From: an uncultured Chitinophagaceae bacterium | Lineage (GTDB): Bacteria; Bacteroidota; Bacteroidia; Chitinophagales; Chitinophagaceae | NCBI GenBank assembly: GCA_963819925.1 | Contig: CAWFYG010000005.1 | Coordinates: 381,849-445,848, forward strand | Direction of reading: 5' to 3' | DNA length: 64,000 nucleotides | Shown: piece by piece, positions 1 to 10,062 of the stretch | Layout: each line of letters opens with the position of its first letter | Position numbering within the stretch: position 1 is the stretch's first letter | Position numbers and translations under genes: made by a program | Notes under the pieces: model-generated | Databases searched by the model: none | What the model saw: only the letters and a program-made list of their open reading frames with translations | Told to the model about the DNA's origin: nothing

Positions 1-83
1 TCTATTCTTCCTGTTTAATTGGTTATTGAATAAATGGCGGATATTCTTGAGTAAATGGAGAGGGCGTTATAATAAATGGATTA

Positions 84-586
84 TTAGCTAAAATATAATT
101 CCATTAAATAATCATTCATAAAGAAACTCCCGCCAATATCAATATCCTGTTCACCGGTAACGACAAAACCTTGTTTTTCATAAAAATAACGGGCCTTGTT
201 AAACCTGTTTACATTTAGTTCAAGAGAGGTTGCGCCCATTTCTTTTACTGAATTGATTACGTATTCTAAAGGTATTTTACCGGTACCCTTTCCCTGCTGC
301 TCCGGCAAAACATAAATTTTATGCAAGCGGAAAACTGAGCTGTTTTTTTCTTTAGGGGAATAAGAAGCAAAACCTACCGGGATATCATTATCTGAAACAA
401 TAATAAAATGATGTTGTAAAGTAATATACTGGTTTTGAAGAGAACCTATGGGAATAAATTTTCTCAAGCATATAAATTAATTGTTCAGAAGATAAAATAG
501 TCACCATAAGCATACGGCCATATTGCATGCGCAAGATCATGAATTGTTCCAAGGTCCTCTAAGCCCGCTGCTTTAATTGATGTCAT
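84..586 (-). CDS. GNAT family N-acetyltransferase (reading frame broken by about 2 single-base indels near 450 and 498)
   Basis: The ORF 84..467 has the acetyl-CoA motif (LHKIYVLPEQQGKGTG; LNVNRFNKARYFYEKQGF). The true N-terminus MTSIKAAGLEDLGTIHDLAHAIWPYAYGD starts at ATG 586, overlapping the upstream stop (TAATG), in another frame. Confidence 0.8.
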
Positions 587-1080
587 TACTGTATCATTAT
601 CTTCAAATTGGGAGCGAAGAATTTCCTGTTTTTGCTATCAGTAACAACTATATCAAAGAAATATAATTCTTCATCTTTTTGAAAGCCATCTTTTAAATTA
701 TCGATCCACACTTTTGGAAGTGGTGTAGTTTTGAAAAAATCTGCTAAATTGGTAAATGAGACACTTTTTCTTCCGGTCTCTTCATCTTGTATTACGCCTT
801 TTCTTTTATAAAGGAAGTGATACGAGTCAATTGAATAAATATTTTTTTTATCATCAGTTATTGTTAATGGCAATGCAATTAATTCAGAAGCTTCATCAAC
901 TGTTACGGAAGCTCCATTAGTATTGATACCCAGGTAAGATTTTACAACGGGTGGTTTAAATTTAGCTACTTTGGTAATTACATCTTTAGGCCTGGTAATA
1001 GAATCATTCTGTGCAAACGATGTTAAGCCGGAGTTTACAAGCAGAGCGATAAAAAAGGCAAGCTTCATTAATAATTTCAT
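586..1080 (-). CDS. Hypothetical exported protein
   Basis: 164-aa ORF with signal-peptide-like N-terminus (MKLLMKLAFFIALLVNSGLTSFAQ), co-oriented downstream of valS. Confidence 0.7.
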   Translation of the reverse strand: MKLLMKLAFFIALLVNSGLTSFAQNDSITRPKDVITKVAKFKPPVVKSYLGINTNGASVTVDEASELIALPLTITDDKKNIYSIDSYHFLYKRKGVIQDEETGRKSVSFTNLADFFKTTPLPKVWIDNLKDGFQKDEELYFFDIVVTDSKNRKFFAPNLKIMIQ

Positions 1081-1098
1081 AATTATATTTTAGTAACC

Positions 1099-3785
1099 TT
1101 ATTTATTGAAAGAAGAAAGTGTTTGCTCAATGGCAGAAATTTTAGCCTCGGCGTCCGATTTCTTTTTCCTTTCCAGTTCAATTACTTCAGGTTTTGCATT
1201 TTGCACAAATCTATCATTACTTAATTTTTTCTCAATACTATTTAGGAAACCTTTAAGATAATTTAGGTCTTTTAGACAGTTTTTCTTTTTGAACGCTTGT
1301 ATCTACCTCTATATCAGCTTCAATATAAATCTTTTCTTTTCCGGCAACTAGTGTAATGAACGAATTTTCAGGTTGAGGTGAAAAATCAATGCTTTCTGCA
1401 TTCACCTGTTTTGACAAGAATACCTTCAATAGCGTCATATTGTTTTTTGTCAACTGGTTTCGATAATGCAATTTTATGGTTTCCTTTTGCTTTAGGTTAT
1501 GTTTATTTCTTGCATCCCGTATAGCGGTTATTATTTCTTTAAGTTTGTTTCCCTGTTTAAAATTGTCTGCATCGGTTTTTCCGGCAGGTGCAAATTGTTT
1601 AACAACCAGATCATCATTTCTTTCTTTTAACAAATGATAAATTTCTTCAGTAATAAACGGCATAAAAGGATGAATAACTGTAGCAGTTCTTCAAAAAAAG
1701 AAACTGTTTTTTCATAAACAGTATGTTCAGCAATTGGTTCTTCAAATCCCGGTTTTATCCATTCCAGATACCAACTGCAGAAATCATCCCAAATTAAGGA
1801 ATAAATAGTTTTTAACGCTTCGCTTAACCTGAATTGATTCATTAAAATTTCCACTTCTACTTCTTACTTCATTCAAACGGTTTTCAAACCAGTTAATTGC
1901 AAAACTGTTACTATCAATTTCAGTAACTGCCGATTCACCTCTTGCTGTGCGACTTCCTTCCCACATCTTCAACAGTTTCAATGCATTCCAGAATTTATTA
2001 TTAAAAAACTTTCCCTGCTCCAAGGCTACTTTCATCAAATAACAGATCATTGCCGGCAGGAGAGGAAATCATAATTCCAAAGCGAACCGCATCTGCTCCA
2101 TATTCATGAATCAGGTGTAAAAGGTCAGGACTGTTGCCAAGACTTTTACTCATTTTTCTTCCCTGCTTATCCCGAACCATTCCGGTAAAATAAACATCGC
2201 TGAAAGGCTTTTCATGCATGTATTCCATGCCCGCCATGATCATTCTTGCTACCCAAAAGAAAATAATATCCTGTCCGGTAACCAAGCACAGAAGTTGGAT
2301 AATAATATTTGATGTCTTTATTGCCCGGATTTGTAATTCCATTAAAAACTTCGATCGGCCAAAGCCAGGATGAGAACCAGGTATCCAGCACATCTTCATC
2401 CTGTACCGGTTATTGAGCCTTGTTTTACCTGTGGCTCGATTGTTGCTTTCTGATTGCTTCTTCTTCCGTTTCTGCAACATACACATTTCCTTCTTCATCA
2501 TACCATGCAGGTATTTGTTGTCCCCACCAAAGTTGGCGGCTGATGCACCAGTCTTTTACATTCTCCAGCCAATATTTATAAGTAGCATTAAATTTTTCAC
2601 CGGGATGAATATTTATATTTCCCTGAAGTAACTGCTTCCAAAGCAGGCTGTGCCAGCTCTTTCATTTTTACAAACCATTGAGTGGATATTTTTGGCTCTG
2701 CTACTGCGTTGGTTCGTTGGCTGTAACCCAAGCCGGGTAGTGTATTCTTCTTCTTTTACCAGTAAGCCCTTTTTCTCTAAGTTCTTACAGTTTTTTTCCG
2801 TGCTACAAAACGATCTTCACCAATAAAAATCTGTGCGGCTTCACTTAAAGTTCCGTCTTCATTTAAAGTATCTACTACCGGAAGATTGTATTTTAATCCG
2901 AGATTAAAATCATTGATATCATGTGCAGGAGTAATTTTTAAAATTCCGGTTCCAAAATCTTTGTCAACATATTCATCAAAAATTACCGGCACTTCTTTAT
3001 TGATCAATGGAACAATAACTTTCTTGCCCTTTAAGTGCGTATAACGTTCATCGTTTGGATTGGCACAAACTGCCGTATCTCCCATAATGGTTTCAGGCCG
3101 TTGCGTTGCAATTACAATATATTGCTGTCACTGTCGTCTCGTCTGCATATTTCATATTTTATATAATACAATTTTCCCGTTACATCTTTATATTCTACTT
3201 CTTCATCACTCAATGCCGTTTTTGCGGCAGGATCCCAGTTGATCATTCTTGCGCCACGATAGATCAAGCCCTTTATTATACAGATCAACAAAAACCTTTA
3301 TTACAGCTTTGTAATAATGATCGTCCATGGTAAAATGTAACCCTGTCCCAATCCACACTACAGCCCAATCTTTCAATTTGGTTGTAAATAATGCCGCCAT
3401 ATTTTTCTTTCCATTCAAAAGCATATTTTAAAAATTCTTCTCTTGATAAATCATTTTTATCAATGTTTTTTTCCCTTTTCAGCATGTCTACCACTTTTGC
3501 TTCGGTAGCAATAGAAGCATGGTCGCTGCCGGGAACCCAACAGGCATTAAAACCACTCATTCTTGCCTTGCGAACCAAAATATCCTGTACGGTTTCATTC
3601 AACGTGTGCCCCATATGCAATACACCTGTTACATTTGGTGGGGGAATCACCACTGTAAACGGGGCCCTGCCATCAGGGATGCCTGCCTGTCCGGTAGGTA
3701 GGCTTTTAAAATAATTTTTTGAAAGCCAATGCTTATACCACTTTTCTTCAACTGCCGCAGGTATATAATTTTTACTTAAATCCAT
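1099..3785 (-). CDS. valS: Valine--tRNA ligase (fragmented by many frameshifts, probably sequencing error)
   Basis: HIGH motif ([13 protein letters not shown]), [43 protein letters not shown], anticodon-binding [10 protein letters not shown] and C-terminal coiled coil ([16 protein letters not shown]) spread over successive frames; start ATG 3785, stop TAA 1099-1101. Confidence 0.95.
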
Positions 3786-3811
3786 AATTTTATAAAAAAA
3801 TTTATAGCCTG

Positions 3812-3819
3812 CAAATGTA
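3812..3819 (-). promoter_or_regulatory. Bacteroidota sigma-70 -7 box (TACATTTG) upstream of valS
   Basis: Exact TAnnTTTG match about 27 nt upstream of the valS ATG. Confidence 0.6.
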
Positions 3820-3880
3820 ATAAAAACAACAGGCACATTATTACTAAGGAAGTTAGTAAGTTTACATTTTAAAAGATATT

Positions 3881-5257
3881 TTGTTATACGCAATTGTAGA
3901 TATTGAAACAACCGGCGGGTATGCTGCTGCAAACGGCATTACCGAGATTGCGGTATTCATCACGGACGGCGAAAAAATAGTAGAACGTTTTCACACCTTA
4001 CTTAACCCGGTATATACCATTCCGAAATACGTGGTTGCTCTCACGGGTATCACCAATGAAATGGTGGAATATGAAAGGCCTTTTAGCAGTGTTGCTTATG
4101 AATTATTTGAGCTCCTGAATGATAAAGTATTTGTTGCCCATAATGTAAATTTTGATTATTCGTTTGTAAAATATCACCTGGCACAATCGGGCTACGATCT
4201 TAATTGTAAAAAGCTTTGTACCGTAAGGCTGGGCAGAAAAATAATAAAGGAAAGCCCGGGCTACGGGCTTGGAAAAATATGCAAGCATCTTGGTATCAAA
4301 ATCGAAGACCGGCACAGGGCAACCGGCGATGCATTGGCCACCGTACAATTGTTTCATCATCTTTTGAAATGCGATACTAACGCCCACGTGCAGACGATGC
4401 TTAAGGCTAAAAGTAAAGAACAGTTTTTACCTCCTAATATTTCAGACCAGGTAATTAAAGAACTGCCGCGGCAACCGGGTGTATATTATTTTCACGATAA
4501 AAAAGGGAAAGTTATTTATGTGGGCAAGGCAAAAAGCCTGGCAAAAAGAATAAACAGTCATTTTTCCAACAATAAGCCAAACAGGCAAAAGCAGGAATTT
4601 TTGAAGAAAATTTATAACATCAGTTATAAAACAACGGCAACAGAGCTGATGGCTTTTATTTTGGAAAGCATTGAAATAAAAAAATTGTGGCCTGAGCAAA
4701 ATCGCAGCCAGAAAAGGTTTGAACAGGCGTACGGTTTATATTCTTTTGAAGATAGGAAAGGGTATATGAGATTGTGCATTGAAAAAAAGAAAAAAAATAT
4801 AAAACCGCTATACACTTTTAACCTGCTTGCCGAAGGTCATAATTTACTGCGGAAATTAATGCATCAATTTGAGCTTTGCCCGAAGCTTTGCTTTTTGCAA
4901 TCAGAAAACGTGCCCTGCCAGTTGCTTGCCGAAAAGAAATGTAAAGGAGCCTGTGAACAAAAAGAAAGTGCCCGAAAATATAACAAAAGAGTCCAGGCGT
5001 GTATCAATCATTTGGATAATGAATTACCCAGTTTTGCTTTAATAGATTTTGGATTGCAACAACAAGAGCAAAGCTGCATTTTAATGGAGAAAGGAAGATT
5101 TTATGGAATGGGTTACTTGCCCGCTGATGTAACAATAAGTACTGTCGATGAATTAAAATTACGTCTTACGCCCTACTCTGAAAATGATTATATACGGGGC
5201 CTTGTTTACCAGCATGCAGCAAGATATCCGGGAAAAAAAATTTCTTTAAGTAACTAA
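3881..5257 (+). CDS. DEDDh 3'-5' exonuclease (DnaQ-like) fused to UvrC/Cho-like GIY-YIG nuclease
   Basis: [15 protein letters not shown] and HRATGDA exonuclease motifs; PGVYYF...[14 protein letters not shown]; Cys cluster CPKLC...C...CKGAC. Confidence 0.88.
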   Translation: MLYAIVDIETTGGYAAANGITEIAVFITDGEKIVERFHTLLNPVYTIPKYVVALTGITNEMVEYERPFSSVAYELFELLNDKVFVAHNVNFDYSFVKYHLAQSGYDLNCKKLCTVRLGRKIIKESPGYGLGKICKHLGIKIEDRHRATGDALATVQLFHHLLKCDTNAHVQTMLKAKSKEQFLPPNISDQVIKELPRQPGVYYFHDKKGKVIYVGKAKSLAKRINSHFSNNKPNRQKQEFLKKIYNISYKTTATELMAFILESIEIKKLWPEQNRSQKRFEQAYGLYSFEDRKGYMRLCIEKKKKNIKPLYTFNLLAEGHNLLRKLMHQFELCPKLCFLQSENVPCQLLAEKKCKGACEQKESARKYNKRVQACINHLDNELPSFALIDFGLQQQEQSCILMEKGRFYGMGYLPADVTISTVDELKLRLTPYSENDYIRGLVYQHAARYPGKKISLSN

Positions 5258-5896
5258 TTTCCCCAGCAGATCTGTAAATTTTTTTCTGCGTATAAATTCT
5301 GCGCCGAGACTTTCCAGGTGCGGAGTATACACCTGGCAATCAATTAGCTCAACTCCCTTTTTTTTCAACACTCCAACATATTTAATGAATGCAAACTTGC
5401 TTGCATTACTTCTATTTGCAAACATACTTTCGCCAAAAAAAACATTGCCTAACTGAACACCGTACAATCCTCCGACTAATTCATTATTATACCATGCTTC
5501 TGCACTATGGGCATAACCTTTTTCGAAAAGGGCATTGTATGCATTTTCAATTTCATCAGTGATCCATGTTCCCGGGCCAATTTTTCTTTTAGCCATTCGA
5601 CAGCCTTTTATGACCCCGGCAAAATCCTTATCCACGGAAAATGTAAATTCATTTTTCCTGATAATTGTTTTCATGCTCGTACTTATTTTAAGCTTGCCGG
5701 GAAACAAAACAAAACGTGGATCCGGGCTGTACCAGCAAATAGGTTCATCTTCATTATACCATGGAAAAATGCCTTTCTTGTAGGCTGTTAGTAAAGTATT
5801 CAATTCAAGGTTTCCGCCAAATGCAAGCAGTCCCTCTTCATTGGCCGATGCTACATCCGGGAAAACAGGAGCGCTACGTGATAAAAAAGCCGTCAT
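5246..5896 (-). CDS. aat: Leucyl/phenylalanyl-tRNA--protein transferase
   Basis: GLLAFGG, AYKKGIFPW, WYSPDPR, TWIT, LVGGLYG, FFGESMF, DCQVYTPHLESLGA. Confidence 0.95.
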   Translation of the reverse strand: MTAFLSRSAPVFPDVASANEEGLLAFGGNLELNTLLTAYKKGIFPWYNEDEPICWYSPDPRFVLFPGKLKISTSMKTIIRKNEFTFSVDKDFAGVIKGCRMAKRKIGPGTWITDEIENAYNALFEKGYAHSAEAWYNNELVGGLYGVQLGNVFFGESMFANRSNASKFAFIKYVGVLKKKGVELIDCQVYTPHLESLGAEFIRRKKFTDLLGKLVT

Positions 5897-5969
5897 TAAA
5901 AAATTGATTGTTACTGGCGAAGAATATAGTAAACCGGGTCGTGAAGTAATTAATTACCAACAAAACATT

Positions 5970-6269
5970 TTATCGTTCCGAAAGTTCCTCTACCGTTGCG
6001 CCAATTCCCCGTTCGGTAATAGAATCGCACATGGGTTTCAGGAATTCGTAAGAGCCATCTTTTACTCCATATTTTCCTTTGGTATGAATTATCATAGCAC
6101 ATTGCTCGGCCTGCTCAACTGAATGGCCACATACTTCTACCAGGGTAGTAATTACCCAATCAAAGCTATTCACCTCATCGTTCCAAACCACAAGCTGGCA
6201 GCCTCCATCATTGTCAACTAACAGATCGGTATCAAAGTCTTCAGATATGTATGTTTTTGTCTGGTTCAT
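5970..6269 (-). CDS. clpS: ATP-dependent Clp protease adaptor ClpS
   Basis: LVVWNDEVNSFDWV...LVEVC...AEQCAMIIHTKG motif; adjacent to aat. Confidence 0.9.
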   Translation of the reverse strand: MNQTKTYISEDFDTDLLVDNDGGCQLVVWNDEVNSFDWVITTLVEVCGHSVEQAEQCAMIIHTKGKYGVKDGSYEFLKPMCDSITERGIGATVEELSER

Positions 6270-6444
6270 GGAAGAAAAACTGGTTACAAAACTACAATTT
6301 TAAACTCTTAAATCCTTGCGCTTAGCCTTTGCATAAATCATAAAATTTTAAATCAGGCATTGAATTTGGAGGTAAATAAAAGTATTTCATGGGGGTTAAT
6401 GATCAGTGTAAATAATCAATTTTATTTTAAGAACACCTCAGAAA

Positions 6445-6471
6445 AAAGCCGCACCAGTAATGGGCGGCTTT
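6445..6471 (-). terminator. Intrinsic terminator after the SulP gene
   Basis: AAAGCCGC/GCGGCTTT inverted repeat with an A-tract on the + strand (T-tract on the - strand). Confidence 0.65.
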
Positions 6472-6480
6472 ATTATTTTT

Positions 6481-8163
6481 TTATTGTGTTTTAATTTTTG
6501 AACGACCTATATCATCTAAAATTTCATAACATCGCTTTAAAGCTTCATCAAACGTATCAGTGATGTTAGCCTTGCCAATTGTGAAAACAAGTCTTGATTT
6601 TTTTAATTGCTCGATTACCTGTTCACTTGTTATGCCGGATAAGATGATTTTTGTGCCCGCTTTGTTTGTCTCTTTAAAAACTTCCTTTAATACCTGTATT
6701 CCGGTGGCATCTATGATAGGTACATGGCGCATTCGGATTATCAGCACTTTTGGAGTTCGCTCAATAAACTTAATGGAATCTTTAAACTTATATGCAGCGC
6801 CGAAAAACAACGGCCCCGTTATTTCAAATACTTCAACATCTTTCGGTATTTGGTAATTGCTGACGGCGCCTTTATCCGGTTCGTCGCCGTGGTCCTCAAT
6901 CTGGCTGGTTAAAATATTTACATTGCTGAATTGAATCATTTTGCGCATGAAAAGAAAGGCAGCCAGAACCATCCCTATTTCTATAGCAACCGTAAGATCG
7001 ATAATCACCGTAAGAAAAAATGTCGTAAGTAATACTGCTACATCACTTTTCGGTCCTTTTAATACAGATAAAAAATGTCTCCATTCGCTCATGTTATAAG
7101 CAATTACGACCAATATGGCGGCTAATGTAGCCATTGGGATTAAGGAAGCCCATTTTCCGAAAAATAAAAGGATCAGTAACAAAGTAACGGCGTGGATCAT
7201 TCCTGCAACAGGTGTCCGTCCCCCGTTTTTTACATTGGTCGCCGTGCGGGCTATTGCACCCGTAGCAGGAATGCCGCCGAAGATGGATGAAAATATATTA
7301 GCGGTTCCCTGTGCAATTAGTTCCATGTTAGACCTGTGATTACCCCCGATCATTCCATCTGCTACTACCGCAGATAGCAATGATTCAATTCCCCCGAGAA
7401 GTGCAATAGTAAATGCCGGCCTTATAAGATTTTTAATTACCGAAAAATCCAAATGAGGAATTACAGGTGATGGCAGTGATGAGGGAATAGCCCCAAACCT
7501 GCTGCCAATGGACTCCACGGGCAAATGAAAGATTTGCACGGCAGCAGTAGTAGCCAGTATCGCTATTAACGAACCGGGTATTTTATGAGTAACCTTCGGC
7601 CACAATAAAATAATAATAACTGCCGTAACCGCTATTATAACGGTATATATATTTAGTGAGGGAAAGTTTACAAAATAGCTTTTCCATTTATCTAAAAAAT
7701 TAGCGGGTACAGCTCCCATATTTAGTCCAAAAAAATCTTTTATTTCAGAAGAAAATATAATAAGTGCAATGCCGCTGGTGAAGCCAATAATTAAAGGATG
7801 TGGAATAAATTTGATAACTGCACCAAGCCTTGCAAACCCCATTATGATAAGCATTACACCGGCAATGAAAGTGGCGATGATTAAACCATTAATTCCGTAT
7901 TGCTGAACGATGCCATAAACAATTACAATGAAAGCACCCGTCGGGCCACCGATCTGGACCTTGCTGCCACCTAAGGCCGAAATGATAAACCCTCCTATGA
8001 TAGCCGTGTACAATCCTTTTTCAGGAGAAACGCCCGATGCAATAGCAAATGCAATAGCGAGTGGTATGGCAACAATTCCTACAATTAAGCCGGACATGGC
8101 GTCTTTACCAAACTGCTGCCGGTTGTAGGTTTTTAAAGTGTCAAATAGTTTTGGCCTGAGCAT
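6481..8163 (-). CDS. SulP/SLC26 family anion permease with STAS domain
   Basis: [59 protein letters not shown]; C-terminal STAS ([16 protein letters not shown]). Confidence 0.93.
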   Translation of the reverse strand: MLRPKLFDTLKTYNRQQFGKDAMSGLIVGIVAIPLAIAFAIASGVSPEKGLYTAIIGGFIISALGGSKVQIGGPTGAFIVIVYGIVQQYGINGLIIATFIAGVMLIIMGFARLGAVIKFIPHPLIIGFTSGIALIIFSSEIKDFFGLNMGAVPANFLDKWKSYFVNFPSLNIYTVIIAVTAVIIILLWPKVTHKIPGSLIAILATTAAVQIFHLPVESIGSRFGAIPSSLPSPVIPHLDFSVIKNLIRPAFTIALLGGIESLLSAVVADGMIGGNHRSNMELIAQGTANIFSSIFGGIPATGAIARTATNVKNGGRTPVAGMIHAVTLLLILLFFGKWASLIPMATLAAILVVIAYNMSEWRHFLSVLKGPKSDVAVLLTTFFLTVIIDLTVAIEIGMVLAAFLFMRKMIQFSNVNILTSQIEDHGDEPDKGAVSNYQIPKDVEVFEITGPLFFGAAYKFKDSIKFIERTPKVLIIRMRHVPIIDATGIQVLKEVFKETNKAGTKIILSGITSEQVIEQLKKSRLVFTIGKANITDTFDEALKRCYEILDDIGRSKIKTQ

Positions 8164-8345
8164 ACTTTTTTAATTATAATCAACATTTCAATATGAGCCG
8201 AAAATACATTGGGGCGGAGTTTGCCATGTTGTTGAAATCAATTGTGCTGCAAATTATTCTTATACTTTAATATTTAAAGGAAATATTTGTTACCTGTCAC
8301 CCGAGATAAGGATGATTTAAATTTTTTTGAATACTATACGTCTCT

Positions 8346-8353
8346 TATATTTG
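8346..8353 (+). promoter_or_regulatory. Bacteroidota -7 box (TATATTTG) of the tRNA promoter
   Basis: Exact TAnnTTTG match 16 nt before the tRNA, with TTTG at 8326-8329 upstream. Confidence 0.6.
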
Positions 8354-8369
8354 CACTCCCAAAAATAAA

Positions 8370-8444
8370 GGGAGCATAGCTCAGTTGGTTTAGAGCATCT
8401 GCCTTACAAGCAGAGGGTCCGCGGTTCGAACCCGTGTGCTCCCA
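8370..8444 (+). tRNA. tRNA-Val (anticodon TAC)
   Basis: GGGAGCA/TGCTCCC acceptor stem, D arm GCTCAGTTGGTTTAGAGC, anticodon arm TCTGC-CTTACAA-GCAGA, T arm GCGGTTCGAACCCGT; CCA not fully encoded. Confidence 0.97.
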
Positions 8445-8453
8445 CAGAAGAGT

Positions 8454-8492
8454 AAAGGGTTTCAGACGATTAAAGTTTGAATCCCTTTTTTA
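8454..8492 (+). terminator. Terminator hairpin downstream of tRNA-Val
   Basis: AAAGGG-T-TTCAGAC / GTTTGAA-T-CCCTTT followed by a T-run. Confidence 0.6.
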
Positions 8493-9013
8493 TTTCCGAA
8501 ATATCTCAAAACGTTTTAATTAAAATCTGGTAAAAGTTCATATTGTTTTTTTTATAGAAAGACAAGCTGTATGATACCATTGGAATAACCTCATTTCCTC
8601 TAAATAAAATGTTCTGCGTTTCCGAATAGAAGCTCGAAGATATAAAGGCATATTGACGCTTTTTTATTTCCCTTTACAGCAAGATGCAATGCATTTGTCT
8701 AATTTTCATTCTTCATGTTTTAACATTTTCTTCATCCTTAGTTCATTGCTTTTGCAAATCTTTAAGAATTCACCGCTTAATTTCATCAAACTATTCGAAT
8801 CAAACTCTACATGTATTACAATATTGATTCAGGCACTTCGCCGAATGTAAGCCTGGAGCTTGCTGCTTAAGAGAGTTATCGTTTCATCGAACAAAAAAAA
8901 GAGTACAAGTAATAGCGCAAATGTTTGGGAGCGTGTACCCATTGTTGTAACTGTTGATGAATTCAGGTGACGGACTTGAGATCTTTTAATGTAAAAAATT
9001 AACTGGAAAACTA

Positions 9014-9970
9014 ATGCAAATGAATACCGCTCCCACGTTTTGGCAACGAATAGGCGTGCAGAATTGGTTTCTTAAAAAGGAAGTTGAATACGCTGAAACC
9101 GCAACCATCTCACCCGATATTGTTCACAAATATATCATCGAAAAATTCCAGGAATCTATCGCAGAACTTTCTTTTGCCGGAAGGATAATATTCTATCATG
9201 AATACATCATTTGTTTTAGCCCTCCCGACTACAACAAATTCATGGATAACAATAAAGGCATATTTGGATTCATCGTCCAGGAATCTGTAAAGTCGTTTTA
9301 CAGCATATTGCAAAAGCGCAAACAAAAGGGAGAAAAGATAACTGCTTCATCCAACAAATGGGTTTTTCGTTTTGTATCTCATCCGGATTATCAAAAAGGC
9401 GACAAAAGTTTCATTGGAAAACTCCTGCCAGGCAATTCAACAAAGAATCAAAAAGACGACAATCTTAGGGTCACTTTTATTCCAAGACAAACAGGTATAG
9501 CGCAGACCTTTGATATTGCGGATGAACTATTAAAAGATTTTACATTTTACAGTGACGGGTATTATGAAATTCCTTACCACCAAAACCTTGTTTTAGACGA
9601 CTCCTTATTTGGAACTGCTGCGCCATATTTTGCCAGGTTGGAAACAACACTTCCCGATAAGAAGTATGCTGGTAAAAAACTTGAGTATTTTATGAAAGAT
9701 GAGCAAATCACAGTTTCGGGAAGTGAAGCAACTTCTGAGCAGGCAGGCATTTTTGGAATTCCCTCCGAATGGGTGTCAACTCCTCATCTTTTAATCCGCT
9801 ACGAAAAAAGCACAGGCAATTTCTTTTTAAGTTCTTTCGGTGAGAAAACCATTATCAACGAAGTCGAAATAAAAAACAGCGATCGAAAGGAGCCCGTATG
9901 GACGGCACTTCCGCTAAATTCCAGGATTGTGTTGAACGGCATTGTAACTATAAACATATTCAAAACATGA
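9014..9970 (+). CDS. FhaA-like protein: DUF3662-like N-terminus plus degenerate C-terminal FHA domain
   Basis: AGRIIFYHEYIICFSPPDY resembles the DUF3662 GR...Y.V.LSP.DY pattern. The C-terminal beta-sandwich has WVSTPH, FFLSSFG...TIINEVEI and LPLNSRIVLNG. Confidence 0.6.
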   Translation: MQMNTAPTFWQRIGVQNWFLKKEVEYAETATISPDIVHKYIIEKFQESIAELSFAGRIIFYHEYIICFSPPDYNKFMDNNKGIFGFIVQESVKSFYSILQKRKQKGEKITASSNKWVFRFVSHPDYQKGDKSFIGKLLPGNSTKNQKDDNLRVTFIPRQTGIAQTFDIADELLKDFTFYSDGYYEIPYHQNLVLDDSLFGTAAPYFARLETTLPDKKYAGKKLEYFMKDEQITVSGSEATSEQAGIFGIPSEWVSTPHLLIRYEKSTGNFFLSSFGEKTIINEVEIKNSDRKEPVWTALPLNSRIVLNGIVTINIFKT

Positions 9971-10062
9971 TATGGACAAATTATTGGCAATAGCGTTATT
10001 AATAATCAGCATTATAATATTAATTGCGCACTTCTCAGAAATAAAACAAACCCACAACAGCA

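Noticed and set aside
1099-3785. valS as a true pseudogene or programmed frameshifting
   Set aside because: Essential gene; the shifts checked are homopolymer +1 errors clustered at the window edge
6481-8163. Functional link between SulP (possible bicarbonate transport) and urease
   Set aside because: 17 kb apart with unrelated genes between; no sequence evidence of co-regulation
8445-9013. Integrase or att site after tRNA-Val; a minus-strand frame 8664-8942 with two internal TGA stops as a possible decayed gene
   Set aside because: No tyrosine or serine recombinase motifs. The only tRNA 3'-end match noticed (TGCTCCCA near 48261) is 8 bp and inside a CDS. The interrupted frame has no recognisable motif and could arise by chance.
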